A DNA stretch of 64,000 bases from an uncultured Planctomycetaceae bacterium. GTDB taxonomy: Bacteria; Planctomycetota; Phycisphaerae; UBA1845; UTPLA1. Below the pieces are notes generated by a model that was given only the letters and a program-made list of their open reading frames with translations, searched no databases and had not been told where the DNA came from. The DNA lies in the NCBI GenBank assembly GCA_964408455.1, contig CAYOZN010000023.1, forward strand, positions 34,471-98,470, read 5' to 3'. The first letter of the stretch is position 1. Each line of letters starts with the position of its first letter. Of this stretch, positions 1-9,556 are shown in pieces. The position numbers were made by a program, and so were the translations under genes.

Positions 1-1
1 G

Positions 2-148
2 GAGCGCGCGCGGCGGCTGCTCAGCGAGCTTGTTTTCGTGCGGCAGACGCGGCGGAAGGACCTGCACTATCTGGATCGGCTGCGGCGGGCGCACGGCATC
101 GCGGATTTGATTGCCGGGACGCCGTTGCGATGTGCATCCGCACCTTGA
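2..148 (+). CDS. 3' end of an unidentified gene (partial, C-terminal ~49 codons)
   Basis: Open frame from the window edge to TGA at 146-148 with strong GC3 codon bias (translation ...ERARRLLSELVFVRQTRRKDLHYLDRLRRAHGIADLIAGTPLRCASAP). No recognisable motif. Confidence 0.3.
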   Translation, partial: ERARRLLSELVFVRQTRRKDLHYLDRLRRAHGIADLIAGTPLRCASAP

Positions 149-432
149 CGCGTTGCGTCCATGCAGCGCGGCCTTACAGGCGGCCATTGTCTGGCGGGGA
201 CCCGCCTTCCTTCGATCGGGCCAACGGACGGCGTTATCGGGCCGGACAGGTTCGTTCCGTGGCTGAAAAGGCCCAATCGCTACATCCATATCGGTAGAAT
301 GAGGGCTGAGCATGCGCGCCGGCGGTGAGGCGGCACGCGGCCGGCGCGCCGAATGCACGTGTCCTGGCGAAGCCTGGTGCCATGCCGCCGGCATGGCGCA
401 GGCCGACGCTGCGATTTCCGGGGGAACGAGGG

Positions 433-747
433 GTGAGGCGACGCGCGAACATCCTGGGTGCATTGCTACTGCCGCTGGTGGCCGCTGGTGCGGGCTGCGC
501 CTGCGAGGAACGCGTCGATGCCATCGTCCTGGGCTCGCCGGCCATGCTGTTTGACGGCCCGGCGACGCTGATTCCTTCGACCGAGATCGGCCGCAGCCTG
601 TGGCCGGCGACGCCGGGGCCGATCGAGAGCTACGAAGAGGCGGTGTTCGTCGAATACTTCCGCGACTACAAGGGCCATGCCGGCTGGGAGCGGAACAGCC
701 CGCTGACCATCTTCCGCGGGTATCGGCGCGGGGCGCAGATTCGATGA
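433..747 (+). CDS. small hypothetical lipoprotein (~104 aa)
   Basis: GTG start with an upstream GGGGAACGAG purine stretch. N-terminus MRRRANILGALLLPLVAAGAGC looks like a lipoprotein signal with a Cys at the lipobox position. High GC3. A 7-bp stem hairpin (CCGCGGA...TCCGCGG) follows the stop at ~751-775. Confidence 0.35.
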   Translation: MRRRANILGALLLPLVAAGAGCACEERVDAIVLGSPAMLFDGPATLIPSTEIGRSLWPATPGPIESYEEAVFVEYFRDYKGHAGWERNSPLTIFRGYRRGAQIR

Positions 748-1082
748 TGTTCCCGCCGCGGATACGTCCGTTCCGCGGCCCAAGCAGCAGCACAAAAAAA
801 TCTCCATCATTTTTTTCTTTGCGGCCGGGGCATGCCGGACAGATCACCATCCTTCAAGGCCGCGCGGCTGCCGGCCGCCATCTCACAAGAAAAACACGCG
901 GCGCAACCCGGCGCAAAGCGGAACAAGGCGAAGCGCGCGAGTCATCCGCGGCAATTGCCCTGCCGCAAAGGCCGCGGATGTTGCTACTCATTAGAATAGT
1001 TCCCCGTTCCGCCATTTTTTCCGCGTAAACGCCGCTGGAACGATCGGTTGCGGCAGGCGCGCCGGTTGGCGAAGATGGCGGA

Positions 1083-3968
1083 ATGAACCCCTTATGCTCC
1101 CTGTCGGCGGGTGATTTTTCGCGAGGCATGATGCGTGCGACGGCCGGGCGGCGCATGCGTGCAAGCGCGGCGCTCGCACTCGCGATCGCGATGCCACTGA
1201 CGGCGTTCGCGCAGGCCGGAGAGCTGTCGCTCTCGGCGCGCGATGCGACGATCGAAGGCGACGGGGCGACGTACCACGTCTGGATTCACGGCCGTTGCAT
1301 CGGCGATTGGCGTGACGTGGACACGTGGATCGGCTGGGATGTCGAACTGCCGCGGGCGGGAAGGTTCGCGGTCGAAATCGAGGCGGCGGCAGGCGAGGAG
1401 GCCGTGGGTGGCGAGTTCGTCGTCACGATCGGAAAAACCCAACTGCGCGCGCAGGTGCCGGACACGGGCGGATGGGATCGTTTTGAGACGATTCGCCTTG
1501 GCGAGATAGAGCCTGTTTCTGCCGGGCGACAGAAGGTCGCGGTGCGGCCGCGGAAGATCGCGGGTCCGCGGGGGCTGATGCATCTGCGCAGGCTGACGCT
1601 TCGCGGCGACGGCGTGGCGGGCGCGCGGCTGCACAGGTGGCGGCCAGATGAACCAGCGGCGAGCCGGGAAGTCATCGCAGAGGGCGTGACACGGTATAGC
1701 CCTGCGGGATTCGATGCCGCGGCACTCGGACCGTCATTTGCCGTGCAGCCGGAAGCAGCGGCGCAGTTGCGATCCAAGCAGGCACGGAAGTCTGACGAGT
1801 CGAATGCGAACCAGGAGCCGTCGACAACTGTTGAACCGCGTTTCGCACGGTCGGAGGGAATCCATGCCTATTGGCGCGGCAGCCCGGCATACGGGGGGGC
1901 GAGGCATCTGTGGTCGGCGCACGTGGCGGGCGAGCCGGGTGACAGCCTGTACGGCACCGGGGAGATCGCCGGAGGTTTGATGCGCAATGGGCGCGTGTCG
2001 TACTGCTGGAACACGGATGCATTCGGCTATCACGACGATTCGCTGAGCCTGTACCAGTCGCATCCGTGGGTGCTGGCCGTTCGCAGGGATGGTACGGCGT
2101 ATGGCGTACTGGCGGACACAACGTGGCAATGCGAGATCGATCTGCAAGATGGCATCCGCTTTTCCAGCGACGGGCCAGCCTTTTCGGTGATCGTGATCGA
2201 GGGCGGGACGCCACAGCAGGTGGTGATGCGACTGGCGGCATTGACGGGCAAGATCGAGATGCCGCCGCGGTGGGCACTGGGGTATCAGCAGTGCCGGTTT
2301 TCGTACTATCCCGACAGCCGCGTGCGGGAGATTGCGGAGGGGTTTCGCAGGCACAAGATGCCATGCGATGTCATCTGGATGGACATCGACTACATGGATG
2401 CATTTCGCATCTTCACCTTCGACAAGAAGGGCTTTCCCGATCCGAAACGGCTGAACGACGATTTGCACCGGATGGGATTCAGGAGCGTGTGGATGATCGA
2501 TCCCGGCGTGATGGTGGACAAGGGTTACTTCGTCTATGACCAGGGAACGGCGGGCGATCACTGGGTGAAGTCGGCGGACGGCAGGGAATATCACGGGCGC
2601 GTGTGGCCGGGGGCGTGCGCCTTTCCCGATTTCACGCGGCCACAGACGCGCGAATGGTGGTCGGGGTTGTACAAGCCATTCATGGGGCTGGGCGTCGATG
2701 GCGTGTGGAATGACATGAACGAGCCGGCGGTGTTCTACGACGATCGGCCGACGGGGACGATGCCGGGGGACAACGTGCATCGAGGCGGGGGCGGGCTGCC
2801 GCGCGGTCCGCATGCGCAGTATCACAATGTGTATGGCCTGCTGATGTCGAAGGCGACGCGCGAGGGAATCCTGGCGGCGAATCCCGACAAGCGGCCGTTT
2901 GTGCTGACGCGGGCGAGCTACATCGGCGGTCAGCGCTACGCAGCAACGTGGACGGGCGACAACCAGGCGACATGGGAACACCTGGCTTGGTCGATCCCGA
3001 TGGCATTGAACCTGGGGCTGTCCGGGCAGCCGTTCAGCGGGCCGGACATCGGGGGCTTTGAGGGGCGCGAGCCGGATGGGGAGATGTACGCGCGGTGGAT
3101 GGGGATCGGGTCACTGTTTCCGTTTGCACGTGGGCACTCGACAAAGGGCTCGCCGGATAAGGAGCCGTGGGCATTCGGTGAGGCGACGGAGCGGACGTGC
3201 CGGATGGCGCTGGAGCGGCGGTATCGGCTGATGCCGTACCTGTACACGCTTTTCCACGAGGCGGCGGAGACAGGCATGCCGGTGATGCGGCCGGTGTTCT
3301 TCGCCGATGCGGCGGATGCGCGGCTGCGCGGGGTGGATGACGCGTTTTTATTGGGGGCGGATCTGCTGGTACAGGGGGATGTGAAGCCGGGCGGGCAAGG
3401 GGCATGGGGTGAAGGGCCGGGCGATGACAAGCGGACTGATTCGTCCATTGACCGGACGCCCGCGGCGCGGGATGCAACGGCCGGGGCGCGGGGGCCGCGC
3501 GATGTCAAGGTCGTGGCACGGGCCCGCTCCGGGAATTCGTCAATGCCGAGCGGCATCTGGCGGCGGGTGACGCTGATCGGCGAGGAGGAGCATGCCGATG
3601 CCAACCTGCCGACACTGTTCATTCGTGGCGGGTCGATTATTCCGCTGGGGCGGATCGTGCGGAATACGACGGAGGAATCGCTCGATCCGCTGACGCTGCT
3701 GGTGTGCCTCGACGAGAACGGCGAGGCCCGCGGGCGGCTGTACGAGGATGCCGGGGATGGGTTTGGATATCGCGAGGGGGAGTATCTGTTGAGCGAGTAT
3801 GCCGCGAAGCGCGAGGGGGACAAGGTCGTCGTGCGGATTGCATCGAGCCGGGGGGAGATGAAGCGGCCGGAGCGGGAGGTGCGGGTGGAGGTGGTGATGG
3901 AAGAGCAAATTTGGAGGGGAGGCGGAATAGAAGTGGATGATGTTACGGTGTCGCCACCCCGGCGTTAA
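1083..3968 (+). CDS. glycoside hydrolase family 31 alpha-glucosidase/alpha-xylosidase with N-terminal accessory domain
   Basis: GH31 catalytic-region signatures VWNDMNEP and GGQRYAATWTGDN, plus WIDMDYMD..FTFD. Signal-peptide-like N-terminus (MRASAALALAIAMPLTAFAQA), so the true start is probably a few codons downstream of 1083. Confidence 0.85.
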   Translation: MNPLCSLSAGDFSRGMMRATAGRRMRASAALALAIAMPLTAFAQAGELSLSARDATIEGDGATYHVWIHGRCIGDWRDVDTWIGWDVELPRAGRFAVEIEAAAGEEAVGGEFVVTIGKTQLRAQVPDTGGWDRFETIRLGEIEPVSAGRQKVAVRPRKIAGPRGLMHLRRLTLRGDGVAGARLHRWRPDEPAASREVIAEGVTRYSPAGFDAAALGPSFAVQPEAAAQLRSKQARKSDESNANQEPSTTVEPRFARSEGIHAYWRGSPAYGGARHLWSAHVAGEPGDSLYGTGEIAGGLMRNGRVSYCWNTDAFGYHDDSLSLYQSHPWVLAVRRDGTAYGVLADTTWQCEIDLQDGIRFSSDGPAFSVIVIEGGTPQQVVMRLAALTGKIEMPPRWALGYQQCRFSYYPDSRVREIAEGFRRHKMPCDVIWMDIDYMDAFRIFTFDKKGFPDPKRLNDDLHRMGFRSVWMIDPGVMVDKGYFVYDQGTAGDHWVKSADGREYHGRVWPGACAFPDFTRPQTREWWSGLYKPFMGLGVDGVWNDMNEPAVFYDDRPTGTMPGDNVHRGGGGLPRGPHAQYHNVYGLLMSKATREGILAANPDKRPFVLTRASYIGGQRYAATWTGDNQATWEHLAWSIPMALNLGLSGQPFSGPDIGGFEGREPDGEMYARWMGIGSLFPFARGHSTKGSPDKEPWAFGEATERTCRMALERRYRLMPYLYTLFHEAAETGMPVMRPVFFADAADARLRGVDDAFLLGADLLVQGDVKPGGQGAWGEGPGDDKRTDSSIDRTPAARDATAGARGPRDVKVVARARSGNSSMPSGIWRRVTLIGEEEHADANLPTLFIRGGSIIPLGRIVRNTTEESLDPLTLLVCLDENGEARGRLYEDAGDGFGYREGEYLLSEYAAKREGDKVVVRIASSRGEMKRPEREVRVEVVMEEQIWRGGGIEVDDVTVSPPRR

Positions 3969-4075
3969 TGGCGATTGAGCGCGTCAATCTTTCGCTCGTG
4001 AGACTCGTCGCTTGCATTGCTTGATTCGTGTCGGCGTGGCCGGTTCGCGTGGTATGTTCTCCAGTTAGACTCAAT

Positions 4076-4519
4076 ATGGACATCATTGGGCTGCAACAGA
4101 AGACACGTCCCCTTGAAGGCACAATCGAAGCTTATTGGTTCGAGAATGCGATTACAGGTCTCGCTCGCACCCTCTTTCACCGAATCCTCATCCCATTCGA
4201 GCCTTTTGATTCAGGACTTGGCTACGTTTCGCTGCCAGAATCGACGGAGCTCGTTGTAGAGTGGATCAACCTGGGCCTCGACGATCCCGCAGCTCTTGAC
4301 GGCGTGGTGATTGCAATGGACCGGACTCCGGATGTCGAAGCTTCGATCTACCTCGGCGCGGCTCATAACTGGTACCAGATCGAGAAGCTCACGTTGACCC
4401 GAGAAGGCTCCGGCTTCAGGGTCATCGGCGCCGGCATCGTTGAATTTTCACGTGAGGGCATTGGCAAGGATGAGCGATTTGCCTTCGAGGCAATGGCGAG
4501 GTTTCGTGGTGTCGTTTAG
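4076..4519 (+). CDS. hypothetical protein in low-GC patch
   Basis: ATG at 4076 (the ORF track begins at GTG 4028). Local GC is clearly lower (~50%) than the flanks. No recognisable motifs and no signal peptide. Confidence 0.4.
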   Translation: MDIIGLQQKTRPLEGTIEAYWFENAITGLARTLFHRILIPFEPFDSGLGYVSLPESTELVVEWINLGLDDPAALDGVVIAMDRTPDVEASIYLGAAHNWYQIEKLTLTREGSGFRVIGAGIVEFSREGIGKDERFAFEAMARFRGVV

Positions 4520-5113
4520 CGCATCTACAAAGCACAAGCCGTCGTCATGGCCGCCCCGGCGGGACCTGGCGATACGTCCCGCGTGCCGACCCGACCATGG
4601 TTTGCAGACTTTGGCACCGTTTCTCGACGCAACGTCGGAAGTTTCGACAGGAATCGTGAAGCAACATCGTCTATTCGAATTCAGGCATGGCACACGAGTC
4701 CCCAGCTTGCGGCTTCGCCCGGTGTGCGGCGACTTAAACAACGGCCAGTTAAGCGGTTGGGGCTTGACGAGCGAGGCGGCGGCGGCTACATATTCTGCGT
4801 TTAGGATTGCGCTGCCGGCGGCCCGGGCGGGGACCTGACGGCGGCATGAGAGACCGGGGCGGACTCTTGTGATTTGATCGCAGGCGAGTTGGCCCGGCGG
4901 GCGACCCCGAACGAATGCATCGGCGTACGCTCTGGATGACATTTTTCCAAGCACATGAGGGGTCGCGTACCGGGTTGCGGGGCAAATCTGAGTTGCCCGG
5001 TACGGGTGGTGCATTGACGACGGGCGCGCCCGCGAACGGGCCCCTGCATGAGCGGGTCCGCACGGCGGTCACAGGCGGGCGCCTGCGCGATCCACACTAG
5101 TATGAGGTGATCG

Positions 5114-6076
5114 ATGATTCGCGTTCAGAACCTGACCAAGATGTACGGCGATCGGAAGGCGGTCGATGGCATTTCCTTCAGCATCGAGGAGGGTGAGATC
5201 GTCGGCTTCCTGGGCCCGAACGGCGCCGGCAAGACCACGACGCTGCGCATCCTGACGTGCTACATGCCGGCCACATCCGGCAGTGTGACGGTCGATGGTC
5301 ACGACGTGTTTACCGAATCGCTGGCGGTGCGCCGGGTGATCGGCTATCTGCCGGAGAGCACGCCGTTGGATTTGCACATGCGGGTGCGCGAGTACCTGAA
5401 CTTTCGCGGAAAGATTCGCGGGCTGGACAAGTCCGGGCGAGAGGGCGCGATCAAGCGGGTGACGGACCTGTGCTGGCTGGGCGACTTCATTGACCGACCG
5501 ATTCATCAGCTCTCCAAGGGCATGCGGCAGCGCGTGGGCCTGGCCGATGCCCTGCTGCACGATCCGAAGGTGCTGATTCTCGACGAACCGACGGTCGGTC
5601 TCGATCCGACGCAGATTCGCGAGACGCGAAACCTGATTCAGGAGCTGGCGAAGCGGCACACCGTTCTGCTCTCGAGCCACATCCTGCCGGAGGTGGAGGC
5701 TACTTGCCAGCGGACGATCATCATTTCGGGCGGCAAGATCGTGGCCAGCGGTTCGCCCGAGGAACTGAAGCGCCGCATCCGGGCCGGCTCGCGGCTGATC
5801 GCAGAAGTGCACGGGGCGGCCGAGGACGTGAAGAAGGCGCTGGCGGCTCTGGCCGGCGTAAGCAAGGTGGATTGCCATTCGGATAATGGCTGGCAGCGGC
5901 TGACGATCGAGACGCGGGAGAATGCGGACCCGCGCGAGGAGATCTATCGCGTGGCCAAGAGCAAGGACTGGCTGCTGCGGGAGCTGCGGCTGGAGCAGGG
6001 AACGCTGGAGGAATTTTTCGTGCGAATCACGGCGGAGCAGGCGTCGCAACAGCGGCGGCAGGAGGTGCGGGCATGA
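5114..6076 (+). CDS. ABC transporter ATP-binding protein (GldA-like, ABC-2 type)
   Basis: Walker A GPNGAGKTT, ABC signature LSKGMRQRVGLA, Walker B LILDEPTVGLD, H-loop SSHIL. GAGGTGA Shine-Dalgarno-like (SD) motif lies 7 nt upstream of the ATG. Confidence 0.9.
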   Translation: MIRVQNLTKMYGDRKAVDGISFSIEEGEIVGFLGPNGAGKTTTLRILTCYMPATSGSVTVDGHDVFTESLAVRRVIGYLPESTPLDLHMRVREYLNFRGKIRGLDKSGREGAIKRVTDLCWLGDFIDRPIHQLSKGMRQRVGLADALLHDPKVLILDEPTVGLDPTQIRETRNLIQELAKRHTVLLSSHILPEVEATCQRTIIISGGKIVASGSPEELKRRIRAGSRLIAEVHGAAEDVKKALAALAGVSKVDCHSDNGWQRLTIETRENADPREEIYRVAKSKDWLLRELRLEQGTLEEFFVRITAEQASQQRRQEVRA

Positions 6077-6792
6077 TGCGTAATGTCGCAGCACTGACAC
6101 AGCGGGAGTTGGCGGCGATCTTTCTGTCGCCGGTGGCCTACGTGGTGGCCGCGGTGTTCCTGGTCGCCTCAGGCTATCTGTTCATGAGCAACACGCTGAT
6201 CGAGGGCGGCGAGGCGTCGATGCGGATGATGATGAACAGCATGGCGTGGCTGCTGGTCTTCGCGATCCCGATGCTCACCATGCGGCTGTTGGCCGACGAG
6301 TTTGCCACGGGGACCATCGAGACGCTGATGACCGCTCCGGTGACGGACGTGGAAGTGGTGATCGGCAAGTTTCTCGGGGCGCTGGTGTTCTATCTGGCGC
6401 TGCTGCTGACGACGGTGGTACACGTGTATCTCGTGTTCCGCTACGGCGCGCAGGACCTGGGCGTTGTCGTGTATGGCTATGTCGGCCTGGTGCTGCTCGG
6501 CGCGGCCTACGTGGCGGTTGGTCTGTTTGCAAGCTCGCTGACGCGTTACCAACTGGTGGCGGCACTGATCGGGATGGGGCTGCTCGCCGCGTTCACGGTG
6601 CTGGTGGACGCATTTTCCACTTACCAGGGCGGTCAGTGGCGGGCGGTGCTCAGCTATGTGAACGTGCTGCACCACTTCCAGGATTTCAGCAAGGGCATTT
6701 TTGACACCAAGGCGATCGTGTTCTTCATCAGCACGACGCTGTTCTTCCTGTTCCTCTCGGTTCGGGTACTGGAGTCGAGACGATGGCGGTAA
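6073..6792 (+). CDS. ABC-2 family permease (GldF-like)
   Basis: ATGA start/stop overlap with the upstream ATPase gene. Six predicted TM segments typical of ABC-2 permeases. Confidence 0.8.
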   Translation: MMRNVAALTQRELAAIFLSPVAYVVAAVFLVASGYLFMSNTLIEGGEASMRMMMNSMAWLLVFAIPMLTMRLLADEFATGTIETLMTAPVTDVEVVIGKFLGALVFYLALLLTTVVHVYLVFRYGAQDLGVVVYGYVGLVLLGAAYVAVGLFASSLTRYQLVAALIGMGLLAAFTVLVDAFSTYQGGQWRAVLSYVNVLHHFQDFSKGIFDTKAIVFFISTTLFFLFLSVRVLESRRWR

Positions 6793-9482
6793 AGACACAG
6801 GACAGGCGGGCGAAGGGATCGAACGCGGCCACGGATATGAGCGCCGGCCGGCGGGTGGCGGTCGGCACGAACGTGGCGATCGGCATCATCGTGGCGGCAG
6901 CCATTCTGGTGGCGGTGAACTGGTTTGCGTCGCTCAAGTCGATGCGGCGCGATCTGGCCTCGACCGGCAACTATGGGCTTTCGGATCGCACGAAGCAGAT
7001 TCTCACCAACCACGATGGGCCGGTGAACATTTCGATCCTCTACGATCGCGACGACAAGGACGAAAAGCAGCAGGACTACATCATCCGGCTGATGGACTAC
7101 TGCGACGAATTGAAACGCTTCGATCCGCAGGTGAATTACGAGCACTTGGTTTCCGCGAAGCAGCGCGAAGATCTTCAGGCGAGCCTGGTCAAGTCGCTGG
7201 GCAAGGGTGCGGAGAACCACAAGACGGCGCTGACCGAGTTCGACAAATTCGTTCGGGAGATGCGGGCGCAGCTCGAAGAGCGAAGCCGTCATTGCGACGT
7301 GATCCTCAACACCGAGACGTGGCTGAGCGACTTTCCGCTGTTTGCTCAGGTGTCATTGAAATTGCGCCAGCTCATCAAGGAAGTGGACGACGCCACGGCC
7401 GAAATCGCCGAGCTGGTGCCGCAGGAGGGCCTGCCCAAGTACGACCAGGCGGCGAACCGGGGCAAGACGCTGCTGAACGACTGGGAGAACGATTTCAACG
7501 CCATCGGCGGGCTGATGTCGGAGCTGAACAGCCTGGCGAAGGCGTCAACGACGCCGGATTCGGCGGACATGCAGATGCTGCGCGACAACGCGATCAAGGC
7601 GAAGGCGGCAATCGATTCGCTGCGCGAGCTGATCGGCGCGGACGATGCGCCGGCGCCCGAGAACCCGGCGGCGGCCCTGAAGGCCTATGCCGATCGCGGC
7701 GTGGAGGTGTCGCGCGAGTTGAACGACATCGTGCGACAGGTGAACCAGCTTGCACGAAAGTTCCCCATTATCGAGGAGCATTCGCACTGGTCGGTGGCGA
7801 TCCAGGCGGGACTGCCCATCAAGGTTCAGGTGGCCGGCGTCCTTCAGAACGTGAGCCAGACGCTGGAGAAGATGCGGCTGAGCATCCTGGGCATCATCGA
7901 TACGAACGATCCGGCGCAGCTTCAGCGTGCCGTCGAGAATGTGCGCAAGAACACGACGGTGTTCGAAGAGAGCGCGATGGTCTGCGAGAAGATTCTGACG
8001 GGACTGGCCGATCGGCTGGCGACGATCGACGACGAGTCAAAGGCGCTGCTCGCCGCGAGCGATCAGGGCGGGATGTTCAAGCCGCAACTGGACGAAATCG
8101 ACCGGGTGACGAAGCTCTTCCAGGACCTGCCGGAGCTGAAATCGGGCACCACGGCCGACGACGTGCAGCAGAAGAACTCGCTGGTGCTGGCGGTCGGCGA
8201 CAAGGTCCGCGTGGTCGGCTTCAACGCCGTCTGGCCGGTGGTGGAGAGCATCGTCGGCCGGTCGCCGGACGACGAAATCGTGCGGACGTTCAACGGCGAC
8301 GGCGCGATCGCATCGGCGATTCTCGCCATGACGGCGGACAAGCCGTTCGCCACGGTGGTGATGACGTACTTCGAACCACCGCCGCCGCAGCAGCAGAATC
8401 CATTCATGCGGCCGCCGCAGAGCCCGATTCCGTCGCAGAGCCTGGGCGTGATGCGCGAGCGGCTGGAGGCGGCGAATTTCAAGGTCATCGTATGGAACCT
8501 GGCGACGGATCAGCAGAAGCCAAATCCGGAAGAAGGCACGCGGGAGATCTTCCTGGTGTTGCCGCCGACGCCGCCGGCGCCGCCGAACCCCTTCGGTGGT
8601 GAGACGCCGCCGGAAAACAATTTCGGCGACCGTCACCGCGAAATGCTGCGAAACGCCCTGAAGGAAAACGGCCGGGCACTGTTCCTGGCAACGTGGGAAG
8701 TGACGCAGAACCCAATGATCGGCGGGTTTACGTCCCCCACCTACGGCTTTGCGTCGCTGTTGGAAGGCGACTGGGGCATCAAGGTCGACAACTCCCAGCG
8801 CATCATGTATCTGCCGCCGGCCAAGGGGCGGGCGCAGGGCTACGACATTTCGGCGCAGAAGTTCCAGTATCTGCCGGTCCTGGGCTTTACGGAGCATCCG
8901 GTGGCGCGGCCGCTGATCGGCTCGCGTGTGCTGGCGTTCAACGCCTGCGTGCTCGATGCCAGCGACACGGCGCCGGAGGGGGTAACGGTCTCGTCGCTGG
9001 TCGAACTGCCGAAGCGCGAGGCCTACGTGGCGGCCACGATCGACGAGATCAGGCGGATCATCGACATGATCAACCGGCCGGGCTCGGACGCGGTGGTGAC
9101 GTTCCAGACGCCGCCGCCGACGGGGCCGTTTGATCTGGCGATGTGCGCCGAGCGCAGCGCGGAAGGCAAGACGACCGGCAAAGTGGCGGTGATCGGCTTT
9201 GGCCAGAGCCTCCAGGACGGGTACGTGGAGAACAAGGTGGTCGTCAGCGCCGATCCGGTGCGGATGGAGCCTCCGCCGACGGAAAATCTGGACCTGGCGC
9301 TGAATACGATCTATTGGCTGAACGACAAGCCGGAATACATCGGCCGCGGTCCCGTCCCGGTGCCGCGCATTCATGCGATTGCGCAGAGCGATCTGCAAAT
9401 GACGCGATGGTTCGTCTGGCTGGTCTGGCCGGCGCTGGTGTTTCTGCCCGGGGTGATGCTGTGGTTCGTCCGCCGGCGGTGA
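6783..9482 (+). CDS. GldG-like ABC-transporter auxiliary component (Gldg/ABC_transp_aux family)
   Basis: Overlaps the permease stop by 10 nt. N-terminal TM anchor (VAVGTNVAIGIIVAAAILVAVNWFA) and C-terminal TM anchor (WFVWLVWPALVFLPGVMLWFVRRR) around a large periplasmic domain. Position is canonical, after GldA/GldF-type genes. Confidence 0.7.
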   Translation: MAVKTQDRRAKGSNAATDMSAGRRVAVGTNVAIGIIVAAAILVAVNWFASLKSMRRDLASTGNYGLSDRTKQILTNHDGPVNISILYDRDDKDEKQQDYIIRLMDYCDELKRFDPQVNYEHLVSAKQREDLQASLVKSLGKGAENHKTALTEFDKFVREMRAQLEERSRHCDVILNTETWLSDFPLFAQVSLKLRQLIKEVDDATAEIAELVPQEGLPKYDQAANRGKTLLNDWENDFNAIGGLMSELNSLAKASTTPDSADMQMLRDNAIKAKAAIDSLRELIGADDAPAPENPAAALKAYADRGVEVSRELNDIVRQVNQLARKFPIIEEHSHWSVAIQAGLPIKVQVAGVLQNVSQTLEKMRLSILGIIDTNDPAQLQRAVENVRKNTTVFEESAMVCEKILTGLADRLATIDDESKALLAASDQGGMFKPQLDEIDRVTKLFQDLPELKSGTTADDVQQKNSLVLAVGDKVRVVGFNAVWPVVESIVGRSPDDEIVRTFNGDGAIASAILAMTADKPFATVVMTYFEPPPPQQQNPFMRPPQSPIPSQSLGVMRERLEAANFKVIVWNLATDQQKPNPEEGTREIFLVLPPTPPAPPNPFGGETPPENNFGDRHREMLRNALKENGRALFLATWEVTQNPMIGGFTSPTYGFASLLEGDWGIKVDNSQRIMYLPPAKGRAQGYDISAQKFQYLPVLGFTEHPVARPLIGSRVLAFNACVLDASDTAPEGVTVSSLVELPKREAYVAATIDEIRRIIDMINRPGSDAVVTFQTPPPTGPFDLAMCAERSAEGKTTGKVAVIGFGQSLQDGYVENKVVVSADPVRMEPPPTENLDLALNTIYWLNDKPEYIGRGPVPVPRIHAIAQSDLQMTRWFVWLVWPALVFLPGVMLWFVRRR

Positions 9483-9556
9483 GCCTCTCCGCGGCGCACG
9501 GTTAACGGGTGCAGATGAGAGAATAGACGCATACTGCTGACGCGAGGCAAGGACTC

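Noticed and set aside
4448-5014. 188-aa minus-strand ORF and several 60-130-aa ORFs in the 4.4-5.1 kb gap
   Set aside because: No motifs, no SD-like sites, Arg/Pro-rich composition, and overlap with each other and with the better-supported plus-strand ORF at 4076-4519. They were treated as non-coding.
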